In this document: positions 1 through 8,444 of the stretch, piece after piece
How the letters are laid out: every line of letters begins with the position of its first letter
Numbering within the stretch: position 1 is the first letter of the stretch
Position numbers and translations under genes: made by a program
NCBI GenBank assembly: GCA_046758365.1
Contig: JBHIAC010000023.1
Coordinates: 1 to 32,579, forward strand
Direction of reading: 5' to 3'
Source of the DNA: a bacterium
GTDB lineage: Bacteria; Zhuqueibacterota; Zhuqueibacteria; Oceanimicrobiales; Oceanimicrobiaceae
Length of the DNA stretch: 32,579 nt
Notes under the pieces: model-generated
Databases searched by the model: none
Told to the model about the DNA's origin: nothing
Seen by the model: only the letters and a program-made list of their open reading frames with translations

Positions 1-2
1 CG

Positions 3-167
3 TTTTACCTTTATGAAACATCAGTACAGCCTATGTTTGAGCTTTTGGGAACGCCTGATGCGCACAAGCAACTGAAATTGTACGAAACGGACCATATCCC
101 GCCCAGGAATGATTTTATCAAGGAAATCCTGGCCTGGCTCGATCGCTATTTGGGACCGGTGAAATAA
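3..167 (+). CDS. 3' end (truncated by window edge) of an alpha/beta-hydrolase-domain protein, probable paralog of the kinase-FGE-hydrolase at 5466-8444
   Basis: Frame from base 3 reads FYLYETSVQPMFELLGTPDAHKQLKLYETDHIPPRNDFIKEILAWLDRYLGPVK*, which aligns by eye with the 992-aa protein end PLYNLLSKPKQLTLTEGGHIPP...WLDETLGPVKFE. Not in the ORF track. Confidence 0.85.
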   Translation, partial: FYLYETSVQPMFELLGTPDAHKQLKLYETDHIPPRNDFIKEILAWLDRYLGPVK

Positions 168-250
168 AAGGTTTTAAAAGAGGATTTATTCTGGGAAAAC
201 AAAATTGATTCAATCAACTTAGACAAGATTATTGAAGTGGCTAAAGGATT

Positions 251-381
251 GTATAACAATTGTTTGGAGCGGATGGTGGAGTTTGAGTGCTCTCGGTTGC
301 TTTTGGAGATTTGCAAAGCTCAATCTTGCTCAGTCAGTTAGAAGTTGTTAAACTCACCACCGCTCAAACATTTCGTTAGCT
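251..381 (+). mobile_element. Integron attC-like recombination site
   Basis: R'' GTATAAC, 5-nt spacer, L'' TTTGGAGC ... L' GCTCAAA, 6-nt spacer, R' GTTAGCT. L'' has one unpaired base, and the stem continues GG(A)TGGTG(G)AGTTT / AAACTCACCACC. 131 bp. Confidence 0.8.
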
Positions 382-409
382 GTTTAAAATGAAATATCCA
401 CTCCATAAT

Positions 410-625
410 AAGAAAATATTATGCCTGGTCCATGCCGGATTTCATCATGCCGATTAAACGTAATAGCATACCCAATGACACCTATTTTCCGCAACAATAT
501 TACTTCGACAATACGAGTGACGTCGATATCAACGCCCCAGAAGCGTGGGACCTTTCCACTGGCGACCCCTCGATCGTAGTAGCTGTGATCGACGATGGCG
601 GCGAAGCGCACGAGGATTTGGCTGA
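410..625 (+). pseudogene. Fragment of an S8 (subtilase) serine peptidase
   Basis: PNDTYFPQQY...DINAPEAWDLSTGDPSIVVAVIDDG..HEDL is the subtilase mature N-terminus with the catalytic-Asp motif. The ORF (432-743) then runs into unrelated sequence with no His or Ser motifs. Boundaries approximate. Confidence 0.75.
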
Positions 626-823
626 TGGCTGCTTTGAAGCGGGTTATGATACCAAGATCGCTCTGTATATTTATGCTGACCCACGGATTAAAAAAGAATA
701 TTTATCCTTTTATTCAATTACTAATTGGGACAAATGTCCATAAGGATTGTGTGTTCAGAATAAACATCCAGAACAATCGGACTCGGAAGAACCTTAAATT
801 ATAAATACCATTAAGGTAAACGT

Positions 824-1684
824 CTACATGTTATTTGTCTCATTTAAAAAATTCACTAAAGCATCTTTCCAAAAGATCATTTGATCCATTTTGATAGCCT
901 TTAGGTTGTGATTTTCTAATACACTGTAAATAGGTCTCTTAACTGTCATTGGAAAATCACTCACACTGCAAGGCTGGAGTGTTGCTTCTAATTTTAATGT
1001 TTCAAAAATAACCTTAGCAAATTCATACCAAGAACACCCCCCTTGACAGGTCATGTGGTAAAGGCCAAAGGCATCAGTCTGAATTAATGAGTAGGTATTT
1101 TTTGAAATCTCTACCGCAGAAGTTGGGGTTAGTATTTCATCGTTCACTACTGTAACTTCTGGTCTTTCCCTGGAGGCTTTAATCATGGTCGTTATAAAAT
1201 TACCACCTTTGGCCCGACAGGGAACTTTACCATATATTCCAGAAACTCTAATGATGAAATAATTATTACAATTATTCATGATCAAATGTTCACCGTTTAA
1301 CTTTGTTAAGCCATAGATATTCAAAGGGTTAGGCTTATCATCCTCAATATAAGGAGATTTTTTTAGCCCATCGAAAACGTAGTCCGTGCTAAAGTGAACT
1401 AATTTAAAATCAAGATCATTTGATACCTTGGAAAGATTTAATGCTCCTAATCCATTAATTTTAAATGAAAGTATTGGATTTTCCTCACATTTCGAAACCT
1501 GGTGGTATGCAGCCGTATTAATAACTACTTGAGGTTTAACCCTCTCTAATGTGTTCTTAACATTATCAATATCAGAAATCTCAAAATCCTGATGCGTAAG
1601 AGATATTACTAAATATTTTTGTGAGAAAATCTCACAAATTTCCGTCCCGAGCTGACCATTAGCCCCTATTACCGCGACTTTCAA
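824..1684 (-). CDS. rmlD: dTDP-4-dehydrorhamnose reductase family protein
   Basis: GANGQLG, STDYVFDG, P.NIYGLTK and RP.YS motifs. Confidence 0.9.
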   Translation of the reverse strand: MKVAVIGANGQLGTEICEIFSQKYLVISLTHQDFEISDIDNVKNTLERVKPQVVINTAAYHQVSKCEENPILSFKINGLGALNLSKVSNDLDFKLVHFSTDYVFDGLKKSPYIEDDKPNPLNIYGLTKLNGEHLIMNNCNNYFIIRVSGIYGKVPCRAKGGNFITTMIKASRERPEVTVVNDEILTPTSAVEISKNTYSLIQTDAFGLYHMTCQGGCSWYEFAKVIFETLKLEATLQPCSVSDFPMTVKRPIYSVLENHNLKAIKMDQMIFWKDALVNFLNETNNM

Positions 1685-1733
1685 TATTAACCTCTATAAC
1701 TATTTTAATTCAAGGTTGAGTAAACTCGGAAAA

Positions 1734-1835
1734 AATTCAAAAGCCAACCTTCTTACAAAATACAAAAAAAGTTGATTTTCAATAGGTTATACTAAATGCA
1801 AACTAAACTTTAAATTATGAGAAGGTTAGCTTTTT
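1734..1835. repeat. Dispersed MITE-like inverted-repeat element, copy 1
   Basis: Arms AAAAGCCAACCTTCT (1739-1753) and AGAAGGTTAGCTTTT (1820-1834). A second copy lies in the opposite orientation at 12644-12718. Confidence 0.75.
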
Positions 1836-2800
1836 GCACCATAGTCAAGGTTTAAAGATTTAAATATTTCAATATTATAGTAACCAGGATTATCTAAATC
1901 TTTAAATTTTTCAAAATTAGCAATTAAGTCTTTTACAATAGAATCTATGTCATGTCTTGGTTTAAAACTCAGGACATTTCTGGCTTTTTCAAGACTAACT
2001 TTATAATTTCTAATATCTTGTACATGCTTAATTTTAAGTATGATGTTTGAGTCTAAATTTTCTTCTATGCCAGATTTTACAAGATCTCCAATCTCACCTA
2101 AAGTGTAATTGCCAGAAGCAACATTAAAAATACCAGAAATCATTTCATTCGCTTCGATGGCTCTTATATATGCACTGATAGCATCTTGTATGCTAAGAAT
2201 GGGTCTCCAGATAGCTGGATTATTAACCGTTATTACTCCGTCTTGCATGGCGTTCTTGAACATGGTGTTTACTACTAAATCTAAGCGCATTCTTGGACTA
2301 TAACCACATACCGTGCCTTGCCTAAGACAAATAACTGAAAAATTTTTATCAATCATTTGCATTACAGCCTGTTCACCTTGAAGTTTGGAGATACCATACG
2401 GATAATTAGAAACGGCCGGTGAATTCTCATCGTAAAGTTCATTTTCTGTGTAGCCATATACCGAGCAAGAATCTGCATAAATAAATCTTTTCAGTCCTGC
2501 CTGTTTTGCAATATAACAAAGATAGGCCGGTGCCGCAGCGTTATAAATGAAATTTTTACTTGGTGAAAATTCAGCCATCGGATCGTTGGATAATCCAGCC
2601 AGAAAAATTACTTGCTCGTACTTCTTAATATCCGTACTAGAAAGTTCAAAAATATCTTTTTTGATTCTTTCTACATCTTTGGGAAGATGATCTCCAAACC
2701 AGAATAAATCCACTACATCAACTTTGTAACCTCTTTCTAATAGCTTCGGAATAAGAGCGGAGCCAATGTATCCCCCGCCCCCTGCAATAAACAACTGCAT
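1826..2800 (-). CDS. NAD-dependent nucleotide-sugar epimerase/dehydratase (extended SDR)
   Basis: GGGGYIG Rossmann motif, SCSVYG, and catalytic YGISK motif. Confidence 0.9.
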   Translation of the reverse strand: MQLFIAGGGGYIGSALIPKLLERGYKVDVVDLFWFGDHLPKDVERIKKDIFELSSTDIKKYEQVIFLAGLSNDPMAEFSPSKNFIYNAAAPAYLCYIAKQAGLKRFIYADSCSVYGYTENELYDENSPAVSNYPYGISKLQGEQAVMQMIDKNFSVICLRQGTVCGYSPRMRLDLVVNTMFKNAMQDGVITVNNPAIWRPILSIQDAISAYIRAIEANEMISGIFNVASGNYTLGEIGDLVKSGIEENLDSNIILKIKHVQDIRNYKVSLEKARNVLSFKPRHDIDSIVKDLIANFEKFKDLDNPGYYNIEIFKSLNLDYGAKS

Positions 2801-3400
2801 TTATAGTCCTTTCATTTTTGATTGATTGGTAGGATTATATTGAAAATTATCAGACTCTGGCAATTTCAGCCAATCAGCAAACGTATATGCTTTACTATCT
2901 TTTTCAGAAATTATTGGATTTGTGATTGGCCAGTCAATACCAATATCAGGATCATTCCAACGAATTCCTGATTCACAATTCTTATTATAGATCCCAGTAC
3001 ATTTATATTGAATTTCTGCAAAATCCGTTAAAACGCAAAACCCTCTGGCAAAGTTAGCTGGGGCCCAGATTTGCTTTTTATTTTCTGCTGAGACAACGGT
3101 GCCAAACCATTTTCCCAAAGTCGGTGAACCTTTTCGAATATCAACGGCCACCAGAAATGCAGCACCATAAGTAACACGCATAAGTTTACCCATAGGAGGA
3201 TCCCATTGAAAATGTAAACCTCTTATAACATTTTTTACCGATCGAGAATGATTATCCTGAACAAATTCATAGGGCAAGCCTAACCCTTCAAATTGATCGG
3301 CTCTAAAAATTTCCATAAAAAATCCTCGTTCATCCTCAAAAACTTCAGGTTTAAGAACAACTATTTCATCGAGGTGGACAGATTCAATCTTTATCTCCAT
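2801..3400 (-). CDS. rmlC: dTDP-4-dehydrorhamnose 3,5-epimerase
   Basis: DERGFF, QDNHSRS, RGLHFQ, DIRKGSPT, YKCT and I.W.DPDIGIDWP motifs. Confidence 0.95.
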   Translation of the reverse strand: MEIKIESVHLDEIVVLKPEVFEDERGFFMEIFRADQFEGLGLPYEFVQDNHSRSVKNVIRGLHFQWDPPMGKLMRVTYGAAFLVAVDIRKGSPTLGKWFGTVVSAENKKQIWAPANFARGFCVLTDFAEIQYKCTGIYNKNCESGIRWNDPDIGIDWPITNPIISEKDSKAYTFADWLKLPESDNFQYNPTNQSKMKGL

Positions 3401-3419
3401 TAATATCTCCTTATAAAAA

Positions 3420-4493
3420 TCAACAGGCCTTAACCAGTTCTGAATAAGTCTTTTTACCTTTCAAAAAATACTCAATTACAATACTTTTAGGATAAAGAAA
3501 TTTTTTTATTTCATTGTCCGATACTACTCGTCTATTTTGAGCATCTTTTCTCTTTTTAAAAACAAGTTTTATGTGAAAAACAAGCCACCAATATGCTTTA
3601 ACTATCGCATAAAATGTTTTAAAGTCAAATTTAATCAATGATATTAAAAGTGCAAGTAAATCTAATAGGTAACGAATAAAAAGTATTTTAACAAGATTTT
3701 TTCTTCCAAGATTTTTAAAAAGCATAAAAACACTGTTTCTAAAATTCCAATATATTTTCATAAAGCTATCAGGTTTTATGGTGGCCCCGGCATAATGATA
3801 TATTTTTGCCGAAGGGATTACTTTTAATTTATAACCTACCAAGTGCAATCTCCAGCATAAATCGATTTCTTCCATGTGATGGACAAAATCTTCATCAAGA
3901 ACATTACTTTTCTGAAGGGCCTCGGCTCGTAGGAACATAGCGGCACCACTGGTCCAGAACACTTCAACCTCATCGTCATATTGACCATGATCTTTTTCGA
4001 TTGTGTTAAACACTCGGCCTCTCAAATAGGGATAACCGTATTTATCCATGAACCCGCCCGAAGCTCCAGCATACTCAAAATATCCCGCATCTATCATTGA
4101 CAAAATTTTTGGCTGAAGGGCCCCTATTTTTTCATCAGCTTCAGCGGCTTTAACTAAAAATTCAAGCCAGTTCGGTTCTACTTTCACATCATTATTCAAA
4201 AGAACAAAATATTTTCCATTTGCTTTTTCAAAAGAAATATTATAGGCTCTACTATAACCACCATTGTAATCCGTCTGGATAATTTTTACCTGTTTATAAT
4301 TTTGTTTCGTATAAAATACACTATCATCGGTAGAGTTATTATCAAGCAGTATAATCTCAAAATTAGGATATGAAGTTTTGACAAGCGATCGAAAACATGC
4401 TTCGAGAAATTTTCTCCCGTTATAGTTTAACACAATTACACTAACCAAAGGATGATTCGTTCTGTTTAACTCATGGGAATCTTCTGACTTCAT
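3420..4493 (-). CDS. GT2 family glycosyltransferase (WbbL/rhamnosyltransferase-like)
   Basis: IVLNYNG, DNNSTD, LLNND, SGAAM and EEIDLCWR motifs. Confidence 0.9.
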   Translation of the reverse strand: MKSEDSHELNRTNHPLVSVIVLNYNGRKFLEACFRSLVKTSYPNFEIILLDNNSTDDSVFYTKQNYKQVKIIQTDYNGGYSRAYNISFEKANGKYFVLLNNDVKVEPNWLEFLVKAAEADEKIGALQPKILSMIDAGYFEYAGASGGFMDKYGYPYLRGRVFNTIEKDHGQYDDEVEVFWTSGAAMFLRAEALQKSNVLDEDFVHHMEEIDLCWRLHLVGYKLKVIPSAKIYHYAGATIKPDSFMKIYWNFRNSVFMLFKNLGRKNLVKILFIRYLLDLLALLISLIKFDFKTFYAIVKAYWWLVFHIKLVFKKRKDAQNRRVVSDNEIKKFLYPKSIVIEYFLKGKKTYSELVKAC

Positions 4494-4518
4494 TGGTAAA
4501 TTTCTTAATCATTTAAGC

Positions 4519-4647
4519 ACATAACGCTCGGTTTCACCTGCGAAGGGCTTTTGTAAACCTAAGTAAATGAATAGTAAAAAGTTTGATAACTAGCAAAACT
4601 AACTCAACAAACGAGTGCCCTTCATCAGGTGGAAACCAAAGTTATAC
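4519..4647 (-). mobile_element. Integron attC-like recombination site
   Basis: On the minus strand: R'' GTATAAC, spacer TTTGG, L'' TTTCCACC (extra C), TG(A)TGAAGGGC ... GCCCTTCGCA, L' GGTGAAA, spacer CCGAGC, R' GTTATGT. Canonical 5/6-nt spacers and two extrahelical bases. 129 bp. Confidence 0.85.
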
Positions 4648-4746
4648 AGCCAAAAGAAAATTCAATGATATTATTCAATATTATTGTGTCTTCTAGTTTA
4701 CGACCATGTCCCAACGCCAAGTTTTTCAAAGATGTTGTCTCAGTGT

Positions 4747-4779
4747 AAACCTTCCAGGTCTTTGAGACCTGGAAGGTTT
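4747..4779. repeat. REP palindrome downstream of RAYT
   Basis: AAACCTTCCAGGTCT-TTG-AGACCTGGAAGGTTT, perfect 15-bp arms. Confidence 0.95.
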
Positions 4780-5396
4780 TATTTCTCGTCTATCAGATAA
4801 TTTTCACAGCCCCTGAAATCAATCCTACATCTTTGGTGGAATTCGATGTACCCCTGTTCGTCCCCAAATATATCAATAACTTCCTTTTTCATCAATTTGC
4901 TTGGTCGTTTATTGAGAATCTTCATATAGGAACTCCATTTATACTCCTCCAGGCTCGGACAAATATTATGGTGAACGGGATTATTGTGAATATAGTAAAT
5001 CATCTGGAGTAAATACTTTTCTTCGTCTATCAAGATTCTTTTGAAATTCTTTTGAAAAAGACTACCAACTCTATGCTCCTGCTTATTGATGGCTTTGGTA
5101 TAAGCATTGAAGAAATTAGAATATGCTTGAATAATCGGACAGCGGTGGAGCTGCTCCAAACCTTCCAGGTTTTGAAAACCTGGAAGGTCTTCCTTGATTC
5201 TAATCAGGAAATGAAAGTGGTTTAACAGCAAGCAAAAAACATAAACATCCAAAAAATCGCTGAGGTATTCATCAAACTTAACTAAGAAATATCTATAGTT
5301 TTCCTCGTTAAAGAAGATCCTCTCCTTATTGTTGCCTCTATTATAAATATGATAAAATCGCCCTTTTTCAAAGGGAGCAGAATGCTTGTGGGACAT
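4779..5396 (-). CDS. REP-associated tyrosine transposase (RAYT, IS200/Y1 HUH family)
   Basis: YHIYNRGNN, NHFH (HUH), GSLFQ..F, YIHNNPV and Y.WSSY motifs; flanked by REP palindromes. Confidence 0.92.
   Translation of the reverse strand: MSHKHSAPFEKGRFYHIYNRGNNKERIFFNEENYRYFLVKFDEYLSDFLDVYVFCLLLNHFHFLIRIKEDLPGFQNLEGLEQLHRCPIIQAYSNFFNAYTKAINKQEHRVGSLFQKNFKRILIDEEKYLLQMIYYIHNNPVHHNICPSLEEYKWSSYMKILNKRPSKLMKKEVIDIFGDEQGYIEFHQRCRIDFRGCENYLIDEK
5158..5190. repeat. REP palindrome in frame inside the RAYT gene
   Basis: AAACCTTCCAGGTTTT-G-AAAACCTGGAAGGTCT, translated as DLPGFQNLEGL. Confidence 0.92.
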
Positions 5397-5419
5397 ATCA
5401 AATTCCTTATTTAATAAAC

Positions 5420-5452
5420 AAACCTTCCAGGTCTCAAAGACCTGGAAGGTTA
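5420..5452. repeat. REP palindrome upstream of RAYT
   Basis: AAACCTTCCAGGTCT-CAA-AGACCTGGAAGGTTA, the reverse complement of 4747-4779 at 32/33 positions. Confidence 0.95.
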
Positions 5453-5465
5453 GGTTTTGAAGGCG

Positions 5466-8444
5466 CTATTCAAACTTAACCGGCCCCAATGTCTCATCCA
5501 ACCACTTATTAATAACCGGAACCCGCTCTTCTAATGGCGGGATGTGACCACCTTCAGTCAAAGTGAGCTGTTTCGGCTTACTGAGCAAATTGTAAAGCGG
5601 CACCACGCAAGTATTGACTGGTAATACTTCATCATGCTTACCGCTCAAAACTAACTTTGGTGGTTTGATATGGGGGACGAAGTTTATTGGATTCACCTCG
5701 GGAAGTCTTTGCTGGTCGCGTTCTGTAAGGCCGCCTCCAATAAAAATCACTGATCGGTAACGATTCTCAACGGATGGGAAAATAACTCCCCTGTGTGCAC
5801 CCCCGCTAAGACCAAGAAAAGCCAGTTTATCTATATCGATATCATCGCGAGTGGCTAAATAATCAAGTCCGATGCTAAATTCCGTCGCAGAACGAACCAT
5901 GCCTTCGCGATATCTTACAGTGTTGATTTCACGCCGCCATAATACATCTGACCCTAATTCTTCCCGTTCCAGCGCACCCCACCATACAACAGCCAATACT
6001 GCCCTCCCAGACTTCATTTGAGGTGCCAGTAGCCATTCCGTATGTTCAGAAGTCGTTCTGGCATAAAAGACATCATCACCGGCGACAAAGTTAATGCATT
6101 GGAAAGGTTTTGTCGCTCGTTTGGGAAGATACAAGTAAGCAATGATTCGATCGCCGCGTATACCCTCAATCGTTACCTTTTCTCTTGTCCAATGTACAGT
6201 TTCTATGGTTTCAATAATTTGGGCATTCAAGGGTTTCTTATCATATTTATAATGACTTAAAAAGTTTTTAAATGACGTTTCGTCAACTGGTGAGTAAGAA
6301 GGAGTCCGCCGTTCCAGATCTATACGCATTGCGCCTTGATCGCCAGTGGCTTCCGCAGAATTACGGACACAGCGAAATCCAAGCGAACTTGATGCATAGA
6401 AACCAGGGAATACCCCATAACGATAAGCCACGTAGTTAGGGTCTTTCCAGGAGCCTCCAGTCGTGGCGTATCCACCGTCAATTTCGTTAAGACACAACTC
6501 TTTAACATTTCCAACCATATTGTAACAGCCATAAGGGCTAATGCCAAATTCATAACTATCCACAGGCTTTGTATCTTTTCCGTTAAAATTTGCACGGTGC
6601 TCAATCCTTTCCTTCGGCCTCACAAATCCCCACGGCATGACCACACCGCTAAAATGTGTCAATCTGCGATCTCTGGATGCCTTTTCCCATTGAAAGATGG
6701 TCGGCAAACTCTTGCCAACAAATTCAGCATACGCAGCAGCCTCGTACCAGGTGATGTGAGTGACCGGGTGATTTTGTTTCCCTTCGGGGTATTCTTGATT
6801 AACCCAGTTGTGGGGACCAGGAAGCCCGGTTCGATCCGTAAAATGCTTGATCGCTTCTTCCCAGGAAAGTTGTTTGCTGTCCTTGATGAATGGGTGTTTC
6901 CAATATGTTTTTTTTAAATAGCCACCGGCATCAACAAACTCCTTATATTCTTTCAAGCTGACCTCGTATCGGTCGATAAAATAATCATCCAGATGAACTT
7001 GATCAGTTGTCGGGGTGTCATAGCTAACCAACTTATAATCTCCGCCTGGAACAAAAACCATATTCTCAGGAGCTTTATCGGATTCAATAAGTTTAACCTC
7101 AAGTTTAACGTCCGGAGAACCACCTATAAAAACATAAGCCCGGTTTAATTCACTTGAAGCAATACGCTCCACTGGCACGTAACCTTCTTTTTGGAGATAC
7201 ACCTTATAAGAACCCCTGGCAATGCGCGTATCGGTGATGGGGGTGATGCCAACATACTCTTTATCCGGGAAATTGCCTTGCTCATCTGGTGCAAATCTTT
7301 TCAAGAATACACGCGCACTTTCTGGTTCTGAGACAACGGTGAGTTTATCAGAGATAATGGGCAGTAACCGCATGAGAGTCGAATCGCTCTTAAGGCGCTT
7401 TTCTGCTTGAACCGCTAAATCATACGACTCAGCGTATTTTCCAGCTTGAGCCAGGTTCTCTATTTTTGGGAGGAGTGCTTTGGCCCGCTGAAGTTTCACA
7501 CGCTGTTGATACGGCACGAACACAGCCAATGCAAGGATAAGAAATAGGCTTAACGTGGCAATAGCATATTTAGGCTGTTTCAAAAGACTCATCAGTACCT
7601 TTAGATTGATTACTTTTGTCTCAGGGACTATGTCCGCACCGCGTAACTTTTTAAACTGTTGTAAAAGTTCATCGGCTGATTCAAATCGTTTTTCCCGATC
7701 TTTTTCTAAAGCACGCAATATTACATTCTGTAATTCTTCTGGCACATCTCGATCTAAAGGCATCGGTTCTTCATTAAAAATCGAATAGATGACCGCCTGT
7801 TCATAATCTCCTTTGAAAGGCAGCTCCCCGGTCAGCAACTCATATAGCACTACGCCCAGCGACCAGATGTCCGTGAGATGATCAACGACCTCACCACGTG
7901 CCTGTTCAGGCGACATGTAAGCAGTCGTTCCTAAAGTTGTGCTGGTTTTGGTGAGTTTTGTGCGCCCAGCCAACTTGGCTAGACCAAAGTCCATGATCTT
8001 AACTTGACCAGTCTCTGTAATCATAATGTTGGAGCTCTTAATGTCGCGATGCACGATGTCTTTTTTGTGAGCCACTTGCAAGCCTTCAACGATTTGGATG
8101 GCGTAATCTAGAACCTTCCTAAGGTTTAAAACCTTAGGAAGGTTGGCGGATATAATTTCCTGCAAGGTTTGACCCTTGATGTATTCCATAACGATAAACG
8201 TCTCATTATCAGCCTCCTCAATGGCGTAAATCGTTGCGATGTTCGGATGATTAAGGGCCGCAGCAGCTTGCGCTTCGTGTTCGAAGCGTTTCCGTTCCTC
8301 AGCATGAGCTGCAATCTGGTGCGGCAGGAATTTGATAGCCACCTCACGTCTGAGTTTCATGTCCTCAGCCTTGTAGACCACGCCCATACCGCCCTCACCG
8401 AGCTTCTCAAGGATTTTGTAGTGGGATATGGTTTTGCCAATCAT
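5466..8444 (-). CDS. Membrane Ser/Thr protein kinase fused to PEGA-like, FGE-sulfatase (SUMF1-type) and alpha/beta-hydrolase domains
   Basis: Kinase motifs GEGGMG, VAIK, HRDIKSSN, DFG and YMSPE; TM helix YAIATLSLFLILALAVFV; PEGA-like VVSEPESARVF...GITP; FGE motifs P....W.EAAAYA, LPT..QWEKA, GNV.E and GFRCVR; hydrolase triad GLSGG / GKHD / GGH. Confidence 0.92.
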   Translation of the reverse strand: MIGKTISHYKILEKLGEGGMGVVYKAEDMKLRREVAIKFLPHQIAAHAEERKRFEHEAQAAAALNHPNIATIYAIEEADNETFIVMEYIKGQTLQEIISANLPKVLNLRKVLDYAIQIVEGLQVAHKKDIVHRDIKSSNIMITETGQVKIMDFGLAKLAGRTKLTKTSTTLGTTAYMSPEQARGEVVDHLTDIWSLGVVLYELLTGELPFKGDYEQAVIYSIFNEEPMPLDRDVPEELQNVILRALEKDREKRFESADELLQQFKKLRGADIVPETKVINLKVLMSLLKQPKYAIATLSLFLILALAVFVPYQQRVKLQRAKALLPKIENLAQAGKYAESYDLAVQAEKRLKSDSTLMRLLPIISDKLTVVSEPESARVFLKRFAPDEQGNFPDKEYVGITPITDTRIARGSYKVYLQKEGYVPVERIASSELNRAYVFIGGSPDVKLEVKLIESDKAPENMVFVPGGDYKLVSYDTPTTDQVHLDDYFIDRYEVSLKEYKEFVDAGGYLKKTYWKHPFIKDSKQLSWEEAIKHFTDRTGLPGPHNWVNQEYPEGKQNHPVTHITWYEAAAYAEFVGKSLPTIFQWEKASRDRRLTHFSGVVMPWGFVRPKERIEHRANFNGKDTKPVDSYEFGISPYGCYNMVGNVKELCLNEIDGGYATTGGSWKDPNYVAYRYGVFPGFYASSSLGFRCVRNSAEATGDQGAMRIDLERRTPSYSPVDETSFKNFLSHYKYDKKPLNAQIIETIETVHWTREKVTIEGIRGDRIIAYLYLPKRATKPFQCINFVAGDDVFYARTTSEHTEWLLAPQMKSGRAVLAVVWWGALEREELGSDVLWRREINTVRYREGMVRSATEFSIGLDYLATRDDIDIDKLAFLGLSGGAHRGVIFPSVENRYRSVIFIGGGLTERDQQRLPEVNPINFVPHIKPPKLVLSGKHDEVLPVNTCVVPLYNLLSKPKQLTLTEGGHIPPLEERVPVINKWLDETLGPVKFE
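8112..8144. repeat. REP-like palindrome in frame within the kinase domain
   Basis: AACCTTCCTAAGGTTT-A-AAACCTTAGGAAGGTT, perfect 16-bp arms, exactly 11 codons (NLPKVLNLRKV). Confidence 0.9.

Noticed and set aside
824..3400. Complete dTDP-rhamnose operon
   Set aside because: No rmlA is present and the SDR lacks RmlB signatures such as AESHVD, so the sugar product cannot be assigned.
4747..5452. CRISPR array from the three 33-bp repeats
   Set aside because: The spacing is hundreds of bp and irregular, the outer copies are inverted, they surround a Y1 transposase, and there are no cas genes.
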